Of a stretch of DNA of 41,438 nt, positions 18,462 through 25,787 are shown one piece after another. The stretch is from assembly GCA_964653915.1 (NCBI GenBank), contig CAZZGC010000002.1:1-41438 (forward strand), in the 5' to 3' direction. Position 1 is the first letter of the stretch; the number at the start of each line of letters is the position of its first letter. The notes beneath the pieces were generated by a model. The model was not told the DNA's origin. It worked only from the letters and a program-made list of their open reading frames with translations, and ran no database searches. This DNA comes from an uncultured Thermodesulfovibrio sp. (GTDB lineage Bacteria; Nitrospirota; Thermodesulfovibrionia; UBA6902). Position numbers and translations under genes: made by a program.

Positions 18462-19373
18462 CTATTGTATCCGATAATTCAGTGAAATATTGCTGCCGCC
18501 GCGTATGATATCGAGGTCCACACTGTTCATGCCGCGCAGGGCCGACATAGCCTGAATCGCGATTTCCGGGTTGGAGATCTCGAGTCCGTTTACGCGCAGC
18601 AATATGTCACCGTTTTTCAGGCCCAGGCTGTCGTACAGGCCGCCGGGAATTATCTCGCTTATCACAAACCCCTCATGCTTTCCGTTCCTTATGTTGGGAA
18701 GCATACGTGCGTCAGTAAGAAGCTTCTCCGGATCGGCCAGCGACTGCTCGACTTTCCTCCGGTCGAGCACGTACTGCCTTTCCCCGACCTGGCGGGCGAA
18801 CGTTGTACGGCCTGTCTTATTTTTTTTTCTTGAAGACCGTTTGCTGTGATGCCGTGAAGTAGCGATTTTTTCGAATGGTATCTTGAGAGTATATATAGTG
18901 GAATCTCTTTCTATCTTCGCGAAAGAGTCGCCTATCTCCACGAGGTTGCCGTAATCGAAGACTTTCTGGCCTGTACTGAACCCTTTCTGGCCCTCCTCCG
19001 GGCGGGACCGGTCTTCAAAGACGGCGTATCCTCTTTTGCCGGGGCCGGTAGCGGTCCCTATAAGTGTCAGGTTGGCGATCGTACCTGACGGAGCGGGCTG
19101 TTTCTTGTCCTGATGACCGAGGGGGATGAGTTTGCCCCGCTCTCCGAAAGGATTTTTTTCAAGTATGTCAGCATAAGCCTGAAGCCCCCTGTTCCCACGA
19201 TGCTCCGGGGCAGGTACAGCAGTCTTCACCGGGGACGTTGCGGCGACTTTGCCGAATTTGAGGGTTACCATGTCACGGCCGATCAGCAGCAACGTGGCCA
19301 GTATCAGCACGCTCAGTGTTCCATTGAGGAGACGGAATGTCTTTGCTGATGTTACCGGCATTCTACAATACAT
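18462..19373 (-). CDS. gspC: T2SS cluster 1: GspC with HR (PilP-like) and C-terminal PDZ domains
   Basis: 303 aa with an N-terminal TM ('LSVLILATLLLIG') and an HR-like segment ('LTLIGTATG...YAVFED...GQKVFDYGNLVEIGDSFAKIERD'). The PDZ is 'GFVISEIIPGGLYDSLGLKNGDILLRVNGLEI'. The start is more likely the ATG at 19361. Confidence 0.7.
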   Translation of the reverse strand: MYCRMPVTSAKTFRLLNGTLSVLILATLLLIGRDMVTLKFGKVAATSPVKTAVPAPEHRGNRGLQAYADILEKNPFGERGKLIPLGHQDKKQPAPSGTIANLTLIGTATGPGKRGYAVFEDRSRPEEGQKGFSTGQKVFDYGNLVEIGDSFAKIERDSTIYTLKIPFEKIATSRHHSKRSSRKKNKTGRTTFARQVGERQYVLDRRKVEQSLADPEKLLTDARMLPNIRNGKHEGFVISEIIPGGLYDSLGLKNGDILLRVNGLEISNPEIAIQAMSALRGMNSVDLDIIRGGSNISLNYRIQ

Positions 19374-19398
19374 TACCCCAATGCTGGTATAGTGTCAA
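19370..19398 (-). promoter_or_regulatory. Candidate sigma70-type promoter of T2SS cluster 1 (TTGACA-17 nt-TAATGT)
   Basis: The minus strand reads TTGACA (19398-19393), a 17-nt spacer, then TAATGT (19375-19370). The -10 ends 8 nt before the ATG at 19361, and no SD is present. Confidence 0.4.
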
Positions 19399-19412
19399 TA
19401 TAACTATTTCCT

Positions 19413-20201
19413 CTAAATCCTCGCATCCTTCAGTGTCCCGCCGCATGGGCAGTTCCTTTCTTCCGGCATGGTGAGGATCGCGGTGCGCAGCAGTTTCTTC
19501 AGGTTGCCGGTTGCCTTTTTCATTGCCTCCATGACCTCGGCAACGGTTAATCTTGTGCGGCTGATGCCGGCTGCATAGTTTGCTACAACCGTAACGCCGG
19601 CATAACATATCTCGATCTCCCTCGCCAGTGAAGTTTCCGGCATCCCTGTCATGCCTACTGTATCTCCGCCAAGCATGGCAAAACTCCTGATCTCTGCCGC
19701 GGACTCCAGACGAGGACCGTTGACGGCCACGTATGTGCCACGATTCTTGACCCCTATCCGGGCCTTCCTGCCGGCGTTGATGATTGCCCTGCGCATTTCC
19801 GGACAGAACGGTTCCGTGAAATCTACGTGTATTACTCCCTCTTTTCCGTCGTAAAAAGTAGATTGCCTTCCATGAGTCATATCCAGGACCTGATCAAGCA
19901 CAACGATATTGCCGGGTTTCAGTCCCTTCTTTATACCGCCCGTTGCGCTGACCGAAATTATCCTTTCGGCGCCAAGTTCCCGGAATCCCCATATATTGGC
20001 ACGATAATTAATCATGTGTGGGGGTATCTTGTGCGCTTTCCCGTGCCGAGGGAGGAATATGAGTTTTTTCCCTTCAAGAGAACCGATCAGGTAGCTGTCC
20101 GAAGGTCTGCCGTAGGGAGTTGTGACTCTTTTTTTCTTTTTTAGTTCGAATCCCTCGATCTCATAGAGACCGCTGCCTCCTATGATTCCGATAGCTGACA
20201 T
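19413..20201 (-). CDS. mtnP: S-methyl-5'-thioadenosine phosphorylase
   Basis: 262 aa with 'IGIIGGSGLY', 'FLPRHGKAHKIPPHMINYRANIWGFRELG' and 'VGMTGMPE'. A strong SD (AAAGGAGGT) is present. Confidence 0.88.
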   Translation of the reverse strand: MSAIGIIGGSGLYEIEGFELKKKKRVTTPYGRPSDSYLIGSLEGKKLIFLPRHGKAHKIPPHMINYRANIWGFRELGAERIISVSATGGIKKGLKPGNIVVLDQVLDMTHGRQSTFYDGKEGVIHVDFTEPFCPEMRRAIINAGRKARIGVKNRGTYVAVNGPRLESAAEIRSFAMLGGDTVGMTGMPETSLAREIEICYAGVTVVANYAAGISRTRLTVAEVMEAMKKATGNLKKLLRTAILTMPEERNCPCGGTLKDARI

Positions 20202-20297
20202 TGATACCTCCTTTCAGTCGAACAGTTGAAAATGCTGCCCATCGCCCGGGTCTGTTGCGTTTCCCCTGATTCCGCGGTGAGTCCACTGATTTTTCTC

Positions 20298-20312
20298 TAT
20301 TATAGTATAATA
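20298..20312. promoter_or_regulatory. 15-bp perfect palindrome TATTATAgTATAATA carrying a TATAAT hexamer on each strand (divergent mtnP / tldD promoter region)
   Basis: Read directly. The plus-strand TATAAT is at 20306-20311 and the minus-strand TATAAT is the complement of 20299-20304. The -35 matches are poor on both sides. Confidence 0.35.
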
Positions 20313-20424
20313 TCAGCCGTGCCATAATTTCGTGGAATTCACAGGAGAAGGCATGACCCGGAAACAGGCAGGATGCGGATGGATTTATTGGCACGGGTTC
20401 GACCGAATTCCGGAAAGGTAAACT

Positions 20425-21828
20425 ATGACCAGAATCAATAAGATACCGGAAGAACTGCTTTGCAGGATACTCAAAAAGGCCCTGTCCGGAGGAGGGGACT
20501 ACGCGGACGTGTTTGTGGAACGTATGAGCCCCCTGTTTATTCAGCTTGAAGACAACAGGATAGAGAAGCTTTCGTCCGGGACCGATTCGGGTGTCGGAGT
20601 TCGGGTGATCAAAGGCGAGATGTCCGCCTACGCCTACAGCAATGACTTTACGGAAGAGGCGTTGCTTGGGATAGCTTCATCGGTAAGTCGCGCCATCCGT
20701 GATGACAGTGGCGCAGGTGATCTGGTTCTCGATATGAGAAAACTTGCTCCGGATGTGGAATTCAGGATCAGTCAGCGGCCTGACTCCGTTGATACAAAGA
20801 AAAAAATAGAAATTGTTGAACTGGCTGACAGAGTAGCCAGAAAAGTGAGCCCGAAGGTCAGGCAAGTGACAATCATTTACAGGGATTCTGTTCAGAATGT
20901 AACTATCGCTGCATCTGACGGCACATTTGCAGAAGACGAAAGAATCCATACTGTTGCAATCGTGCAGGTGGTCGCTGCTGAGGGAGATGTGATTCAGACC
21001 GGCTATGAACCGGTCGGTGGGCTCAAGGGGTTCGAGCTCTTCGATGAAAACCCGATCGAGGAGGTGGCCGTGAGAGTGGCTGAGAAGGCAGTGGCGATGC
21101 TGAGAGCAAGAAAGGCGCCCGGTGGCCGTATGCCCGTTGTCATATCTTCATCCGCAGGCGGGACAATGATTCATGAAGCTGTGGGTCATGGACTTGAGGC
21201 AGATCTTGCAAGACAGGGTATATCTGTCTATTCGGGCAGGATAGGAGAACGCATAGCATCTCCCCTCGTTACCATTATCGATGATTCGACACTGCAAGGC
21301 AGGAGGGGGTCGTTCAGGTTCGATGACGAGGGTATCCCTTCATCAAGGACCATACTTGTAAGCGACGGAGTTCTGAAAGGTTATATGCACGACAGGCTCA
21401 CCGCGATGTGCATGGGCTGCGAGCCTACGGGCAACGGCAGGAGGCAATCCTACAGGTATCGGCCCATTCCCAGAATGACGAACACATTTATCCAGCCAGG
21501 GACTGATGATCCCGAAAGTATAATCAGGTCTGTAGAAAAGGGCTTTTTCGTGAAGAAGATGGGAGGCGGACAGGTTAATACCGTCACCGGTGAGTTCGTG
21601 TTCGAAGTGTCCGAGGGGTTTATGATAGAAAAGGGCAAGGTCGGTGAAGCTGTCAGGGGTGCGACACTGACCGGCAACGGGCCGGAGGTGCTGCTTTCAA
21701 TAGATAAAGTCGGGTCTGATCTCGGCTTTGCCATCGGAACCTGCGGAAAGGATTCCCAGGGAGCGCCGGTTTCTGATGCGATGCCTACGGTGAGGATTCC
21801 CGAGATGGTGGTAGGCGGTGAGGTCTGA
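20425..21828 (+). CDS. tldD: TldD-family metalloprotease
   Basis: 467 aa. It has 'YADVFVE' at the N-terminus, the metal-binding 'HEAVGHGLEAD', and 'GNGRRQSYRYRPIPRMTNT'. No PmbA/TldE partner is adjacent. Confidence 0.9.
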   Translation: MTRINKIPEELLCRILKKALSGGGDYADVFVERMSPLFIQLEDNRIEKLSSGTDSGVGVRVIKGEMSAYAYSNDFTEEALLGIASSVSRAIRDDSGAGDLVLDMRKLAPDVEFRISQRPDSVDTKKKIEIVELADRVARKVSPKVRQVTIIYRDSVQNVTIAASDGTFAEDERIHTVAIVQVVAAEGDVIQTGYEPVGGLKGFELFDENPIEEVAVRVAEKAVAMLRARKAPGGRMPVVISSSAGGTMIHEAVGHGLEADLARQGISVYSGRIGERIASPLVTIIDDSTLQGRRGSFRFDDEGIPSSRTILVSDGVLKGYMHDRLTAMCMGCEPTGNGRRQSYRYRPIPRMTNTFIQPGTDDPESIIRSVEKGFFVKKMGGGQVNTVTGEFVFEVSEGFMIEKGKVGEAVRGATLTGNGPEVLLSIDKVGSDLGFAIGTCGKDSQGAPVSDAMPTVRIPEMVVGGEV

Positions 21829-21939
21829 CAGTAGTGATTTCAGGACACAATAGATGTAATTATGATACAGAGCACTATTGTAACCCTTTGATTATTATAG
21901 CTGTTGAGATTGGTATATAATTTGCTTAAAGATGGGGCA

Positions 21940-22833
21940 ATGCGTACACAGCGAACACTGAAGAACGAAATAGTCGTGACCGGCAAAGGCCTGCATTCCG
22001 GTCGTGAAATCACGATGCGCCTTATACCTGCACCCTGTGATACGGGTGTGGTATTTATCCGGACCGACAGGGACAATGCGTACATTAAGGCGCGCGTTGG
22101 TTCCGTCTCCGACACAACTTTCGCAACTACTCTTGGTGCCGGCAGAGTACGGGTCGGGACGGTAGAGCATCTTCTGGCCGCCCTTTCCGGAATCGGGATA
22201 GACAACGTATATGTGGAGATAGACGGGCCTGAAGTCCCCATAATGGATGGCAGCGCATTGCCTTTCGTATCGCTCATAGTACAGGCAGGAGTAGACGATC
22301 AGATTAAACCGCTTTCCTGGATAAGGATACTGAAGCCTGTGGCGATCGAAGAGGGGCTGTGCCATATAGCTATAACACCATACAACGGACGCCGTATTAC
22401 TTACCGTCTGTTCTATACTCATCCTGCTTTCGGAGAACAGAAATACAGCACCGAGATTACTGCTTCAAAGTTCATCAGGGATCTTGCGCCCGCAAGAACG
22501 TTCGGATTTCTCAGGGATGTAAAGAAATTGCAGGCAAGAGGGTTAGCAAGGGGCGGATCTCTGGATAATGCGATAGTGCTTGGTGACACTAAAGTACTTA
22601 ATGATGGCGAACTGAGGTTCAAGGATGAGTTTGTTCGTCACAAGATAGTCGATGCGGTAGGAGACTTTTCTTTGCTCGGCCTGCCGGTTTACGGACATGT
22701 GATAGCTAACAAATCAGGACATACACTTCATATAAAGCTACTGAAGAAGTTACTGCTGACCAGGGATGCATGGGAAATAGTAACTCCTGAACTTGTTGCG
22801 TCCCCGGCCCAGGAGCTGGCTGTTCAGGTATAG
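21940..22833 (+). CDS. lpxC: UDP-3-O-acyl-N-acetylglucosamine deacetylase
   Basis: 'RTLKNEIVVTGKGLHSGREITMRLIPAPCDTGVVF', 'VEHLLAAL.G.GIDN' and 'HKIVDAVGDFSLLG' match LpxC. I prefer the ATG at 21940 over the TTG at 21904. Confidence 0.93.
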   Translation: MRTQRTLKNEIVVTGKGLHSGREITMRLIPAPCDTGVVFIRTDRDNAYIKARVGSVSDTTFATTLGAGRVRVGTVEHLLAALSGIGIDNVYVEIDGPEVPIMDGSALPFVSLIVQAGVDDQIKPLSWIRILKPVAIEEGLCHIAITPYNGRRITYRLFYTHPAFGEQKYSTEITASKFIRDLAPARTFGFLRDVKKLQARGLARGGSLDNAIVLGDTKVLNDGELRFKDEFVRHKIVDAVGDFSLLGLPVYGHVIANKSGHTLHIKLLKKLLLTRDAWEIVTPELVASPAQELAVQV

Positions 22834-22941
22834 CTTCCAGTTTGCACTGTATTATCAGTATCAGTCAATTCTTACAATTAACTCTAATTCCCCTGCTGCA
22901 TCTTCAACAATCAAACCAACTTATTTCGTGACGATCCAGGC

Positions 22942-22977
22942 AAAAAAATGCTGCCCCATCATCAAAGACGGGACAGC
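22942..22977 (-). terminator. Rho-independent terminator downstream of the H1-like gene
   Basis: The minus-strand RNA forms GCUGUCCC-(12-nt loop)-GGGGCAGC, an 8-bp stem with one G.U pair. It is followed by A-UUUUUUU and begins 32 nt after the stop at 23010. Confidence 0.6.
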
Positions 22978-23009
22978 AAAATAACCTGACTACATTTACC
23001 GTTAAGTAA

Positions 23010-23273
23010 TTATCTTTTCTTCGCTGTTTTCTTTTTTGCTGCTTTCTTCTTAGCCGTTTTCTTCTTTGCAGCTTTCTTAACGGTCTTTTTCTTTGCAGCC
23101 GTTTTCTTCTTTGCCGCTTTCTTCTTGGCGGTCTTCTTTTTGGCTACTTTTTTCTTAGCCGTTTTCTTCTTTGCCGTTTTCTTCTTGGCTACTTTTTTCT
23201 TAGCCGTTTTCTTTTTTGCTGCTTTCTTCTTAGCGGTCTTCTTCTTTGCAGCGGCTTTCTTTTTGGCGGCCAT
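23010..23273 (-). CDS. Histone H1-like / Hc-like Lys-Ala repeat DNA-binding protein
   Basis: 87 aa from the ATG at 23273, with SD GGGGGTG upstream (the listed ORF starts at the GTG at 23285). The whole protein is about 16 [T/A/V]AKKK pentapeptides. The DNA is correspondingly repetitive. Confidence 0.7.
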   Translation of the reverse strand: MAAKKKAAAKKKTAKKKAAKKKTAKKKVAKKKTAKKKTAKKKVAKKKTAKKKAAKKKTAAKKKTVKKAAKKKTAKKKAAKKKTAKKR

Positions 23274-23327
23274 TATCCTGTTCACCCCCTTTCTTCTCCC
23301 TTAATACGGGAGCTGTTGATAATTCTT

Positions 23328-23873
23328 CTACAGTCTTCCCAGAAGAACTATCTTGTCTGCATTGAGCAGTTTTTTCAGTTGTCGGTTTCCGCTTTTTTTC
23401 ATGTCTCTGTAATCATTGGTTTTAACTATCGTCAGCTTTATCTTCTTGCCGAAACGTTTTTCAATATCACCGAGTGATTTCCTCAGGTGGTTATTATCAC
23501 TGACAACAAAGAGATTCACAGACTGAAGGTCGGCATTTCTAATATATGGACCATGGATGAATGCCGATCTGGCCTCGGAAGCCTTCAGAACGGATTTCAG
23601 GGCGCCGGGCAGCCCGAGCGATTTTGCGATGAGTCCTTTCAGCTCCGGGAAGAGTGTGGAATTTCGGTTTACTCTGAAATATTTCAGGTTGCCTTCTCTT
23701 TCGGTAAGAACAAGATCCATCTTTAAAAGTTTATCGAGCTCGCGTTTTACGCCGGACGGATTTTTGTTTACGAGTCTTGCGATTTCTCTGACATAGAATT
23801 TTTCTTCGGGGTTGTTGAAAAGCAACGACATAATGTCTGCTCTTATTCCCGATGTAAAAAGTTTCTCGAGCAT
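23328..23873 (-). CDS. Winged-helix (ArsR/MarR-like) transcriptional regulator with a C-terminal degenerate nucleotidyltransferase-like domain
   Basis: 181 aa. The N-terminus 'FYVREIARLVNKNPSGVKRELDKLLKMDLVLTEREGNLKYFRVN' is a wHTH. The C-terminal 'AFIHGPYIRNADLQSVNLFVVSD' resembles the MNT-type NTase motif without its catalytic residues. Confidence 0.6.
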   Translation of the reverse strand: MLEKLFTSGIRADIMSLLFNNPEEKFYVREIARLVNKNPSGVKRELDKLLKMDLVLTEREGNLKYFRVNRNSTLFPELKGLIAKSLGLPGALKSVLKASEARSAFIHGPYIRNADLQSVNLFVVSDNNHLRKSLGDIEKRFGKKIKLTIVKTNDYRDMKKSGNRQLKKLLNADKIVLLGRL

Positions 23874-24109
23874 CTGTAATAATTTATATCATTAAAAACG
23901 TGTTGTCAAGAAAAAAATACAAAAATGGAACAAAAGAATACATTTTGTAAACGATTAAATTGTTGCCTGAAATGATTCGTCTGTTCAAATAATATGAACG
24001 ATTAATAGCGGGGCAAAAGCGCGGAAGCGCGATAGCGCAGCAGAGCAAACGGGTTAACCATTGACTGCTGACTCTTGGGCTCATCATCTCTGTGATATAA
24101 TTGTTCATA

Positions 24110-25117
24110 ATGAAAGAGGCACAATTTTACAAGAAATTTGCAGATGGGCGGGTGAAATGCTTTCTCTGTGCTCACAACTGCATCATCAGCGACGGCAGAA
24201 GAGGTATATGCGGTGTGCGTGAAAACAGGAACGGTGTCCTTTTTACACTCGTTTACGGCAAGCTGATTTCGATCAATGCCGACCCTATAGAGAAGAAACC
24301 CCTCTTTCACTTTCTGCCTGGTTCACGTTCACTGTCGATTGCAACGGCCGGATGCAACTTCCGGTGCGCCCATTGCCAGAATTACGACATTTCACAGTAT
24401 CAGCACAAGAACCGCGATATACCCGGAAGGGTAATCGACCCGGAGAGTGTTGTTTCTGCGGCCGGGGAATCATCATGTGAGAGTATCTCATACACATATA
24501 CAGAGCCCACGATATTCATGGAGTACGCTCTTGATTGCGCACGCCTGGCCAGTGAAAGGGGCATCAGAAATGTTTTCGTAAGCAATGGTTATACAGGCCC
24601 TGAAGCCGTTGAGGCGATAGCCCCCTATCTTGATGCTAACAACATCGACCTCAAGGGTGATGACCGGTTTTACAGGGAGCTCTGCGGCGCCAGGCAGGGC
24701 CCGGTACTCGATACAATCAGAATGATGAAAAAGCTGGGCATATGGGTGGAGATTACTACGCTGATAATTCCCGGTCATAATGATTCCGATGAAACCCTGA
24801 AAATGATCATCGATTTTATTCTTTCAATTGATCCGTCTATCCCGTGGCATGTCTCGAAATTCTATCCAACCTACAAGTTGCTTGATTCGCCGCCAACCCC
24901 TGTTTCCACTCTAAGGAAGGCAAGGGAGACCGCTCTGAATATGGGATTGAAATATGTATATGAAGGGAATGTGCCTGGCGAGGGGGGAGAAAATACATAT
25001 TGCCCCGGATGCGGACACCTTTTGATCGAGCGTGTCGGTTATAATATAGTGTCCATGGATCTGGCTGCCGGCAGGTGCCCGGCATGCGGGTCCCCTATTG
25101 AAGGGGTGTGGAAATAA
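24110..25117 (+). CDS. amrS: AmmeMemoRadiSam-system-type radical SAM enzyme (PFL-activase-like)
   Basis: 'KEAQFYKKFADGRVKCFLCAHNCIISDGRRGICGVRENRNG' plus the radical SAM cluster motif 'CNFRCAHCQN' and C-terminal Cys pairs ('CPGCG...CPACG'). I prefer the ATG at 24110 over the TTG at 24101. Confidence 0.8.
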   Translation: MKEAQFYKKFADGRVKCFLCAHNCIISDGRRGICGVRENRNGVLFTLVYGKLISINADPIEKKPLFHFLPGSRSLSIATAGCNFRCAHCQNYDISQYQHKNRDIPGRVIDPESVVSAAGESSCESISYTYTEPTIFMEYALDCARLASERGIRNVFVSNGYTGPEAVEAIAPYLDANNIDLKGDDRFYRELCGARQGPVLDTIRMMKKLGIWVEITTLIIPGHNDSDETLKMIIDFILSIDPSIPWHVSKFYPTYKLLDSPPTPVSTLRKARETALNMGLKYVYEGNVPGEGGENTYCPGCGHLLIERVGYNIVSMDLAAGRCPACGSPIEGVWK

Positions 25118-25139
25118 CTGTGCGAGGTAAGAAGAAATC

Positions 25140-25787
25140 ATGGATAGCAAACTGAGGGATGAAATACTCGAGTGCATTTGGTCGCTGAGGGAGAAGGGCA
25201 GGAACCGTTTTGACGAGATTGTCAGCGAGGTGGGGGAACAGGAGACCGCCGATGTTATGAGGAAGATGGAAAAGGCTGACTATATAACGGTCAGCGGCGA
25301 CGAGGTGGTAATGACCGACAAGGGAGAGACACGGGCGAAGGACCTCACGAGAAGACACAGACTGGCTGAAAGGCTTTTTCATGATGTGCTTGAAGTCGGC
25401 ATGCAGGAAAGTGAACACGCAGCATGTGAGATAGAGCACTTTCTGACGCCTTCCGTAACGGATAGTGTCTGTTCTTTTCTGGGGCATCCTCCGACATGCC
25501 CTCATGGCAAACCGATACCACGCGGCAAGTGCTGCTCACGCTATGGCTCCGGCCATAAGCCGCTGGTCGTCAGGCTCCGTGACCTGGAGGTTGGTTCCAA
25601 AGGCAGGATCGTCTTTATAAGACCTTCCGATGGGTCGAGGCTGGAGCGTCTTGCATCCATGGGGATGTTCCCCGGCGGCATCATCAAGTTAAAACAGAAA
25701 CGGCCGTCCTTTATACTCCAGATAGATGAAACTACACTCGCAGTTGATGATCTTATAGCGGACGAGATTTATGTAAAGGCTATCTGA
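25140..25787 (+). CDS. DtxR/MntR-family metal-dependent regulator with C-terminal FeoA-like domain
   Basis: 215 aa with an N-terminal wHTH. The dimerisation/metal-site region is 'LTRRHRLAERLFHDVL...EHAACEIEHFL...CPHGKPIP'. The FeoA/SH3-like tail is 'LRDLEVGSKGRIVFI...GMFPGGIIKL'. Confidence 0.75.
   Translation: MDSKLRDEILECIWSLREKGRNRFDEIVSEVGEQETADVMRKMEKADYITVSGDEVVMTDKGETRAKDLTRRHRLAERLFHDVLEVGMQESEHAACEIEHFLTPSVTDSVCSFLGHPPTCPHGKPIPRGKCCSRYGSGHKPLVVRLRDLEVGSKGRIVFIRPSDGSRLERLASMGMFPGGIIKLKQKRPSFILQIDETTLAVDDLIADEIYVKAI

Noticed and set aside
18820-18828. A9 homopolymer (coding strand) inside gspC1 as a possible phase-variation tract
   Set aside because: It encodes a Lys-rich linker ('SRKKNKTG'). 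A/T tracts of this length are only weakly mutable, and there is no evidence of variation from a single sequence.
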